DNA from: Obrimoposthia wandeli
Lineage: Eukaryota
Length of the DNA: 64,000 bases
Direction of reading: 5' to 3'
Assembly (NCBI GenBank): GCA_977020255.1
Contig: CDROCS010001822.1
Coordinates: forward strand, 124,001-188,000
Each line of letters begins with the position of its first letter. Within the stretch, counting starts at the first letter, position 1. Shown in pieces: positions 21,601-33,600 of the stretch. The notes under the pieces are model-generated. The model had not been told where the DNA came from. It saw only the letters and a list, made by a program, of their open reading frames with translations, and made no database searches. Position numbers and translations under genes: made by a program.

Positions 21601-24600
21601 ATGACTGTAGCATACCAAAGATGGGACAAAAGTATTCACTGCTTGACAGCGAAGACTGTCCAGAGTCACAGCCGTCAAAATTAGAAGTTAAAGGTGTTGA
21701 AAACTACTTTGTGTATCAGGATGTTGATAAAGTACAAGTAGAAGTGAAAGAATGTTCAATCCATTCAAGTTATCACGAATTCTATTGTGGCCATAGAAGT
21801 TTTATGTCAGAAATTACACCTACCACACCGTACAAGGCACATAAGGTTTTGCCGAGAGATTGCGAAGACGCATTTCGAACGGGAACAATAGAGGTAGACA
21901 AGAATTACAAACCTGATGTAAAAATTGGAGTGAGACGATACGAAACAGTCACGAGAGTCGGACAACGATGGGCTGATGGATCTTGTAACGGAGGAACAAA
22001 AAACGTACGTGGAACCAAAGTAACTGCGTTAGTAATGGACGTAACTTACAAAATCGAATTAAAAACATGGACCGCCAATTTTGATAAAAAGACACAACTA
22101 ATGATGACGTATCCAGAATGTAAAATGACAGATACATCTTGTTTTACAGGCGAATCCACAATTGTGTATCAAGTGAATCCGAAGCAATGCTCTTTAGTAT
22201 TTTTGAAAGAGATTAGTTTTAATAAAATAAAAGGATTCCTGTATAATAGAGATGGAGAAGGATTCCTGTATAATAAAGTTGGAAAAGGATTGCTCAATGA
22301 AACAAGACCAATCCCAATGACAAAAACACCTACACTGTTAATGGCAACATCAATAGAAGAAGGATTGATATTTATTAAAAAGAGAAACAAGACGCGATGC
22401 GGAATGACTGTTAGTACTACAAACTATCCAGGAATAGTTTTGTCCAAAGAAGCAATAGCATTGGCAGAAACCAAGCTAAAACCAAAAAATATGCAGCTAC
22501 ACACGTATTTTAGTAATAAAATTGATTTCTATTATCATAAAGGATTGATGCAAATGGAACAGTTATATCGAATGATGATCGAAAGAGATTGCCAGCTAAA
22601 CAAAGAGATCGTAAGAACAAAGTTAGCATTAGCTATTACGAATCCAGACATGGTAGCACCATTATTACCCTTGGATGAAGGAGTATTTGCTAAAACCATG
22701 GGAGAAGTATTGTATACTTACAAGTGTAATAAAGTAGAAGTACAGTTGAGAACAACAAACCGATGTACGAGTGAATTGGCAGTAACGTATAATTTAAAAG
22801 ATCTTTTTGTTGAACCAATCACGAGAATGATACTTCCAAAAGACACTCCAACTAAAGAAATCAGCTGCTCTAATATAATGGCACCTGAATATCAGATGAC
22901 GAATGATTTATGGATAACGTTACCTGATCGAAAGCCAACGAAAACCCCAGCGATGATAAGAATGACGAATCTTAAAGGTAAAATGAAATTCCAAGCGGTG
23001 GAAAATATGGAGAACGCAGGATTGTACAATGAAAAAGATTTAAAAGCGGCGTGGAACGAAATAATGTTTCCAGTAAAAAGAGCCAGAGTACTTACGGAGA
23101 TGGTACATCGAGCATTACCGCCAGGAGCGAGATATGCGAATTTCGATATGTTATTATCGCCAAGTCATTTCAAGGAAGCAGCACATCAGACACTTAGAAA
23201 GATGTGGGGGAAATTCCTTGTTTTAGGACAATTATTTTCGGGTATCATAGGTATTTATGTTATAATTAAATTTGTGCAGGTAATTATAGCCCAGGTGTTG
23301 TCTACGTATAGTTTATACAGGATAACCGGAATCACCTGGCAACTTATAATTGGATGTTTTCCATTTTTAGCAAAATATCTAATGCACCATCATCACGAGA
23401 ACGAGTTGCGAGCCCTCAAGAAGGAACAACACCAAACGAGAACCATGATGCGAGAACCAAGAAACTATCGAGACGACAACGACGACGATAATGATAGTCC
23501 AGGAGTATATGCAAAGATACCCGGAAAACCAAAGATTCCGTTACCAGACAAGGAAGAAGTGGCGTTAAACCTATATCCAATGAAGGAACTAAAGGAGGAG
23601 AAGGAAAAGTTCAAGAGAGGCATCTTAATGATAAGATGGCCTAAAGTGAGCTACAGTGAGATTCCACAAGCAGAGGAAAAAGACAAAAAAGATAATTCCA
23701 GAAGAATTCTGAAGTCTAGGATATCAAATGAGAATCCAAATGCTCCACCACAAGTAGCAGTAACATTAAACGGAAGAGAATATCTTGCCGAAGTTGATAC
23801 CGGATCTGCAGTATCAGTACTGAGTAAAGAAATCTTGTCATCAAAAGAATTAAGAGAAGTATGTCCTAGAAAACAGACATTTGTTAACGTGAATGGTACA
23901 GATGTAGTGTCGGAAGGAACACTGAAATGTTCGTTGAATATCGATGGAAGAGCATTGCAGTTAAATGCTAGAATATTCACAGATTGCGGTAGTCCAGTCA
24001 TGATTTGGATGGACGTAATACGAATGTTTGAAGGAATAATTATACTACCAAACAACAAGAGTTATAAGAATGACAGTTCAGTGAGAGAGATAAAAATGTT
24101 GAGAGGACCTATAGTCGAAAAGGAAAAATACACTACGTTCCGTATGGGAAATTCGTACCAAGACAAAAAACAGGAAGCGCTAGTAAAGTCGATACTTCAC
24201 TACAAAAACGTAAACCTCGGACCACAAGAGATGACGAGGAGAAAAATAACATATGTGAATCTGTCAGAAAGGGATCCCATGAGATTCGAGAGAAAGAGAC
24301 GAAATATATTAGAACTGTACTATTCAAAAGAAATGGCACGTAAAATGGCAAGATCAGGTTTAGAAATGTTAAATGCGACAAGCAGTTATGGTCATGAGAT
24401 AGTAGTACGATGCGTATGGTGTAGAGTAAAGTTTAGAGAGTGGGAAAAGAATGAAAACCCAATGAGACGTCATAAAAGAGATGCACCAAATTGTCCATTT
24501 CTTTTAAAACTGAAAACTTCAAACGTACCAGAAATCCAAACGGGAAAAGTACCCGATTTCGATTACAGTGACGGGATTCCAAAAGGAGAATCAGCTCTAA

Positions 24601-27600
24601 TAACAGGTAGAGTAATAACAAATAGCCGAATTGAAGATATATTCGAAGTTATGCGAGAAGTGAACGAATGTGACGAACAGTATCGAGAAGTAACTTTCGA
24701 AGACCCAAGACTTAAAAAATTGGCAAAAAAGGGACTTTTTGCTATAAAAAAGGATGGTAAAGACGTAATTAAATGCCACAAGTGTAAAAAAGAACGAATT
24801 ATCGACAGATATACTCTTGAGCTACCTAATAAAATTTTACATCATGAATTTTGCGAGTTTGGTATGTTAAAAAACAAAATAAAGCAAAAAGAACAGAAAA
24901 CCGAATGTATAATCGAATACCAAATCACACGAAAAGAGATTTTGGCTCAACAAGACACACCAGTAGTGTCATTCGTGAGAAGGTTATATCCAAAAGAAGC
25001 AGAAAGAATCAGAGAATTGGTAGAATTAAAAATAAAAACTACGCGAAACGGATACGGATCGATTTTTGAATTACTGCGAGATAAAGATGACAGTACAATT
25101 GAAACAAAAGAGAAAGAGTACATAAATGAACTAGAATACGTACTAGAAGATCCGGAATGCGCAGTTTGCATGGTCAACAAAATAGAAGTTGCCTTTCTAC
25201 CATGCGGACATGTAAGAACATGTCGGAGATGTGCGAATGAAATGGTATCATGTCCGATTTGTCGAAGAATAATAGATCGACAAGTGAGAAACATTAGATT
25301 TCACTATCCAAACATAGGAAGTGGACTGACAGAGTGTAATAATTCGATAAATACAATATACCATATGGGAAACATAAATGGAGCACAGCGACCAGCAGCT
25401 ATCATTAGAGTAAATAATTTAAGAGTAAAAGCCTTAATTGATACAGGTGCTGTAGCTTCGATAGTAAGTGAAGACTGTTTGACAGAGGAACAGAAACGAA
25501 CAATGGCAGAACCAGATGAATTCTTGGTATCGGTCAATGGAGACCCTGTAAAAGTGACGGGAATATTACCATGTACATTTATAATTGGACGTAATACGAT
25601 CACTATACCAGTTAGAATCATGAAAGAATGTCCTGAACCTACAATTTTAGGAATGGATGTACTATCACAACTTAAAGGGATAAGTATTGATTTACAAGAT
25701 CCAAGATTGAAGGATAGCACATCAAACAGACAAATAAACCAAATTGATGTAATTATAGAGAATCCTATAAAAATCGGTAAAAGATCACAATTTCTCATTC
25801 AAGGTCACACATTATCAGAAGATAAAGGACCAGTTGTGTTCGAACCATCACGAGATTTCATAGAGAAATACGAATTACCAGTTGTGAGTACAGTATGCCT
25901 GATCGAAAACCACAAAATACCAGTTAGACTGATGAATACAACCAACAATGACATTCTATTATACAGAGGAATGAGGTTGGGAAAGATAGCACAGATGGAG
26001 AATCCCACCGTGTGTGCTACGAAACTCGATAAAGATACGAATGATTACGAAGAAATAGTAATCCAATCAGAAAGACTGACAACTAGAGAAAAGAAACAAT
26101 TACTTGATCTAATACATAAATTTCCGAAAGTAATTGCAAAAAATCCATATGACATAGGAGAAACACCTGTCATAAAACATACAATACCACTGACAGAAGA
26201 CAAAGTAGTCAGAAGAAGACCATATCGAGTACCATTACAATTACAAGATGAAGTAAAAAGTCAGATTGAAGATATGTCTAAAACAGGAGTAATTAGACCG
26301 AGTTTTTCGCCATTCTCAGCACCTGTGGTGTTGGTAAAAAAGAAGGATGGGAAAATGAGATTCTGTATAGATTTCAGAGAACTGAACAAGATCACAAGAA
26401 AAGATGTGTATCCATTACCTAGAATCGAAGAGATGCTCGATAAATTGGGTAATTCAGATTATTTTACGACATTAGATTTGCAGAGTGGATACTGGCAAAT
26501 CGAGATAGAGGAAGAGGACAAACACAAAACAGCCTTTTCCTGCGGAGATGGACTGTACGAATGCGAAAAGATGCCATTCGGACTGACAGGAGCTCCAGCA
26601 ACATTTCAGCGTTGCATGAATTTTGTACTCGCATCGTGTGCAAACACGATGGTTTATATTGATGACATAATAATATTTTCGAAAACGTTCGAAGAACATT
26701 TAAAAAATCTTGAAGTTGTATTTAAAAGACTGGAAAACGCTAAATTAAAAGTTAAACCTACAAAATGCGAATGGGCTAAAGAGCGAGTAACATTTTTAGG
26801 ACATATAGTATCGAAAGAAGGCATTCGTCCTGATCCGGCAAAGATCGAGAAAGTAAAAGCGCATTTAGCGCCAAAGACTGTTAAGGAGATACAGAGTTTT
26901 TTAGGTCTTGCGAATTATTACAGACGATTTGTTGAACATTTTTCAGATATAGCAACACCATTGAGAAAGTTGACGAGGAAAGATGAGAAGTTCATATGGG
27001 GAGAAGAAGCCCAACAAGCATTCGAGCATTTAAAAGAAAGACTGATAAAAGAACCAATATTAGCGTTTCCAGATATAAACCGACAATTCATACTCATGAC
27101 AGATGCAAGTAACTATGCTGTAGGAGCAGTATTGGGACAAGAGGATGACGAAGGAAGAGAACACGTCATCGCGTATGCGAGTAGAGGATTAAACAGAGCC
27201 GAAAGAGGATACTCTGTTATCGAAAAGGAATGTCTAGCCATAGTGTATTCATGTAGACAGTACAGACACTACTTGCTAGGACAAAAAGTATTCCTGTATA
27301 CAGATCACAAACCACTACAGTTCTTATATAAACATAGAGATGAGATGAGTAGATTAAACAGATGGTTTCTAAAATTGGCCGAATTCGATCTAGAAATCCG
27401 TTATAGAACCGGAAAGTCGAATGGCAACGCAGATTGTTTATCGAGATTGACAAATGTAGATGAAAAAGGAAACATAATTCCAGAGGAAAAACAAGATGAA
27501 ACCAATGACCAAAAAGGAGAAGCAAATCTACTGACGATTTTGCTAAAGACGGTTAAAATAGACAAAGAGATCATCAAAGAACAGAAAGAAGATGAAGAAC

Positions 27601-30600
27601 TGAGTCTAATCAAAGAATTGTTGGTGAAAGGAGATCTAAACGATGAAATGACGAAAAAATACTCGATAAAAGAAGGAATCTTGTATATTGTCAATAATGT
27701 CGGAAAGATAGTAGTAGTAATTCCGAAGTCATTGAAAACAGCAGTGATGATCCAGTATCACGACGGAACACTAGGAGGACATCTGTCAGGGCGAAAGACA
27801 ATAGCCAGAATCAAAGAGAAGTACCATTGGGATGGTATGGAAGACGACATAAAACAATGGTGTAAACAATGTAAAGTATGTTTAACCAGAAAAGACACTG
27901 GAACTCGTACTAAAGTTCCACTGAAACCAATGCCAGTTCCCTTGGCACCAATGGAATTCATAGCGATGGATATATTGGGACCATTGAGAGAATCAAGTAA
28001 AGGAAACAAGTACGTCATAGTATTTACGGATTACATGACGAGATGGGTAGAAGCATATCCCATGCAAAACCAGAAGGCTGAAACAATAGCACAAATCTTA
28101 GTGGAAGAGATAATATTTCGATACGGAGTGCCTAGAAAGTTGTTAACGGATCAAGGTAAGAACTTCACTGGAGAAGTCATAAAAGCAGTATCGAAGATAT
28201 TCGGAATCATGAAGTTACAAACTTCACCATATCACCCACAGACAGATGGTCTGGTAGAAAGGTTTAATAAAACTTTATGTATGATGGTACAATCCTATTG
28301 CTCCGACAAGCAAGAGGATTGGGATAAATATTTACCTTCATGTTTATATGCTTACAGGAATTCAGTTCGAGAGGCGACGGGTCACACACCATTCTATCTG
28401 ATGTATCTCAGACAGAACAATATGCCGATGGATCTGGAGTGGACCGAGCCAACATCTCAGTATCTAGAAACTGAACAATACATTGTCGTCATGAAGGAAA
28501 GATTACAAGATGCTTGGACCAAAGCCGGATTGAAGTTGAAATTCAATCAAGAAGGTTACAAGGAACAATACGACAAAAAAGCAAAACCACATGAATTTAG
28601 AGTCGGAGATCAAGTGATGATATTTTATCCAGTCATCGAACCAGGTCTATTGTTTAAACTTCATAGACCATACAAAGGACCATACAAGGTGATCCAGACA
28701 ACCTCAACAAATTTGAAAGTAATCAACGAAGAGAATCGGAACAAGGAACCGATGATTGTACATGCAAATCGATGCAAATTAGTACCAAATAAAGATAATG
28801 CGTCACGATATGAGTTAAGATCACAGAAATCGAAATCGAATACCAATACCATTAAACTTACACGAATGGTAAGTGATCGGAACTACATAAACATGATGAC
28901 GAGTGGTAGCGAGAAAAAACCAGCGAGAATTGGTATGCTCAGAATGAAGTACCAAGAGGAAAAGGAAGTAATCCGACACATCGCACCACAAGAGATATTA
29001 GAAGAAGACGAAGAGATAATAGTCGTTTTCGAAAAAACACAACCCACAGATGTGGCTAAAGAAGTCATTGTGAAAGATGCACTGACAAACGAATTTCTGT
29101 GCGAACTTAGAGTGTCATACTACGACGGAAATACATTAGTCGCAGCACTATATCAAAACTCCAATGTGTTTACGACTGAGAAAGTGCTAATCGAAATCAC
29201 ATTGACACCAAACATAGTTGCATGGCAGAACTATGACAGTACTGAAGCAGGACTAGCCAGTCAGGAAGAGAAGGAACCGGCCGGTGGTCACATACTGCAT
29301 GGTACACCAAAAAGACTTAAACAAGAATACCCCGATGTAATAATGGTATTACGTAATTCACATGGGAAAAGAGATATCATGAGAGTCCATTTAATCGACG
29401 CTGATACTGAAAAGATAATTTGTCAGATGGATACTAAATACTTTGATGGAAAGACAATTGTATGTTGTATACCAGAATCTCACCGGTTAGACACAGATCA
29501 AACGGAAGTATCTGTAAGGTTGAGCGTAATAGAAGGATTCCATTCGCCAACCCATCCGGAAGTGACTAACAATAAAATCATCAAAGCAACGGCAGAGTTA
29601 CGCATTGACAGCGGATACCGGAAGTGGGAAGCTAAAAATAAAAAACCACAAAGAATCAATATGATCCGAGAACAAGTGACCAACTCAATCCAGCCAAAAT
29701 ATCATGCTGAAATAGTATCATCCGCGCCAAGTGTGATCACATCGATAAACGACGAAATTATAATTTTACTAAAAAATCGATGGCCGTCATCAACTGAGAT
29801 ACGAGTAAACTTAATTAATTATGCGAAGACACCGATATCTAAGCTGAATGTTACCTATTTCGATGGATTGTCCATCATGGGTAAATTAGAAACAATTGTC
29901 ATGTGCTATGGAGCACAGTTCCAAGTTGAGATACTTAAAGATAGTGTAATACCGTATCCGATTCACAAATACGAAGGGAAAATCAATCCAATTATTCTAA
30001 CCCCTTCATTAATTTCAGTTCAGACAGACATACCAGAATACCCTTCGAGCGAGTCTAGTGAAGACAGCGAACCAGAAAGTAACGATACAGAATCAACAGA
30101 ATCCGAAGATAACATAATAGAGCGATTCGGAAGAACCATGGAGGTTGAATTCGCTAAAGAGAGCAGAAAAAGACAAAACATAGAATTCGTGAAACAGAAT
30201 ATACAAGAAAGACGAATTAAATCTGCAGAAGAGACCGAGTCGGAAGAAGACTCAACAAAGGAACAGACATCAGAGACAAAGATGAATATCTCTCCAGCAA
30301 TACGAATGCTGAGAGGAAAGAAACTGGCGAAACTATCCAACATCGACGAACAAATAGAGAAGAGATTAGAAAGACTAAAACTTGAAGAGTCAGAATTAAT
30401 GCCACCAATGAGTGAGATCATAACAGGTAAGTTATACCTCGGAAATGTGGAGGATGCAACAGATGAAAAGAAACTGTTGGAACAAGGGATAACATACGTG
30501 ATCAACGTTACAATGAATCACAAATCGCAATATCAGACGATCAGAGCTATGACATTAAGAGTAAAAGACTCAATGGACGCTAATCTTCTCGAATGGTTTG

Positions 30601-33600
30601 TAGAAACAAACGAAATACTTCACAGAGAACTCCGGAACCAAGGAAAAGTGTTGGTACATTGTCAGAAAGGAATTTCTCGATCAGCAACTCTAGTATTAGC
30701 ATACCTAATAAAGACTAGACGAATGCAGGTACTAGAAGCGCTAAAATACCTACAGGAGAGAAGAAGTATTGCAAACCCAAATCTTAATTTTTTGGGACAG
30801 TTGGCAAATTACCAACTTCTGTTGCAAGAACAAAGACGGATGGACAACATTCCTGAGGATCCAAAGGAAAAGAATTTCCTCCAAGCATTATCATTGACCG
30901 GGTTATTCTTAGCCGGAGTCGACAAAATTACACAGATAATGCCAAAAGTATTTTTATGTCATCCAGGAGATATAGATACTGCTGGATTAAAGTTCCACAG
31001 TATCAACCGAGTAATCAACATTGTTGAAGTAGGAAACGAGATAATTAGTCTGTGTCAAAATACTGAAGATGACACCACTCGATACATACATGCTTCCAAT
31101 CGAGAAATAAACGATGCACAACAACATCTGACGAAATTGACTCAAACCATCCAAGCTGAAGTCACAGAAGGAAACGGCGTTCTGATATATCAGAAAAAAG
31201 GTACAATGTTAGCGCCTACCATAGGTGTATCCTTGTTGGTAGAGTACCATGGTCACACGCCAGAAGAAGCGATGGTCTACATCAAACAGAATAGACCAAA
31301 TACGGAATTCAAACCGTTACTCGTTCGAGAAATAGAGAAATACACCGAAAAGAGGAAGCAACAACGAGAAACAAATGAAGCTACAACAACAGTGCCCAGC
31401 TTTCAATACCAAAGATTGTTAGCAATAGGCTTGTTAAGTTGTCTAATGCCGATAACGGGAGCACAAGAAATAGGCTCCAACCACGGAAATAGTTCCTGGT
31501 TCAACGAAATCCACAACTACACCATACAGTACCATACGCCGGCACTGATGATGCTATTAGTGTTGTTAGGACTAATTGATGTGTGGATCATCCGAAAATG
31601 TCTTCGATCCATGAGAACCGACAGTAAAAGATTTCAGTTTGTAAAGATGAAAAGACCAAATGGACCAACGAACAAAGTGCTTGTGTATCTAGACGAAAGG
31701 ATCGAGGACAACATAGTAAATGAAGCGATATTTTACCCACAAAACAGAATACTGAATCAATTCCGAATAGATTACGAAGCTGACCGACAGCGCACACTTG
31801 ACCGAATATCAACAACATTCGCCGGATGCAAGCGAAGAAAACGAGTTGTAAAGGAAATACAAAAAGATGCTGATACAAAAGGACCAACGTATATATTCGA
31901 CGGCGATGTCATCAAAACACGTGAGTATGGAAGTAAGAGAGTGATAATTGAAACGATGGAAGGACATAAAACATGCTTCGGAAAGTTGACGATACAAGGT
32001 AACCCGGTACAGTTAATTATCGGAAAAAATGGAATCGAGGAGATGTCAAAACAACGACAGATAACAAAACGATCTAATCAGAAACAGATATCTCTCAAAC
32101 GATTGATAATTAAAACCCTTTGCAAAAGGTCAGTCAAGGCCCTGTGCACCGTTGCACAAGGATTGATTTATGGAGTAGTAATTGGATTGGTACTGCAAGC
32201 CATGCCAACCAGTAAAGCCGAATTGATGACACTATCCGAATATAATTTACATTTGAGAAATCTAGACAACACCCTAGAAATAATCAAGACATCCCACAGT
32301 AAAGCCGTGATGATCATGTGTGTAAAAGGATGTCCAGGACGAATGTGTATAGTCCCAGCGACCGAAATGATAACACTTAATGGACATTATGGAATTAGTG
32401 TTGTCACATGTGAAGACTACATATTTGGACAAACTAAAATAGTACTTCTCAGTGACATGTCCAACCAAAGTGCACACAAATTTAAAATATTAACCATCAA
32501 GAGTAAAGGAATACCAGCAGTACGTTACGGTATTCTAGAATTGGTTAATCCAATACTTGCACTGATCATTGGACTCATAATATTAATATTACTCATCTTG
32601 TTTTGTTGTACAAAGATAGAGTTGAGATCAAAAAAGAAGCGTCATGATCTCGCAAGACGAACAGGTCAAATGAACTTACAAAAATTCAACACAATTATAC
32701 CAAGACCACCATTTCTAGATGAACCAGCACCGGAGTACCAGCCAACGATATATGAACATATCGAGGAAAGACCGTACTATATGAGTAATTTGACTTGTTT
32801 CATTGAAGTTCCTGAGTTTAGGAATCGAACGATCATAGGAATCATGCTGATCATACAAATCACCACTACCAAGGCTAGTTATGAGATCATGATCAGTAAA
32901 TGGAGACAAGACGTAATACGGGCAGTATACATAGAAATCGCCCTTCTAAAAACAAATCACGTAGTAGACATTCATCTACAGACGTCAGCAACTGACAATA
33001 TCGATCAGAAATTGTATGTCATCCGACAGGTCAGAATAAAAATCGACCAAAGTACACCCGATTACAATTTAATATTATTATATCATGAAAGAGTGTTATA
33101 CCTACGGATAACAATATCAAAGAGGAAGCGGATTATCCAAAGTATCCGAACAAAGTCATTAATATTGCCTAGAGATGAGCGCATCTGGAAAATTGTCGAC
33201 AGGATTATGATCACAGGTAGACGACGTAAAGCCGTATGGAATTCCGTTAGGATATTTTTCAGATTGCTAGAAACCGACAGAGTAACAGTAATGTGTCCCA
33301 ACTCAGATGGCGGAATCAGATTCGAAATCCAAAGCCAAATGTTAGTACCACATTTTAACACAGAATGTCTGTGTAATCGAATTTCCAGTAATACTACAGA
33401 GACCTCGACCATAATCATGATAATAACAGGTGAAATATTCTACATAACTCTAAGATACCAGAACCGTCGATTTCGTAGATCCGGTATAAGTATCAAACCC
33501 AGGAAAATCATTCCCAAAAGACCAATCCTAGTCAAAAAGAAGGCAAAGGTAATCGAAAGTAAACGCCATTCCAAAAAACCGACAGTGATCAGAACAAAGA

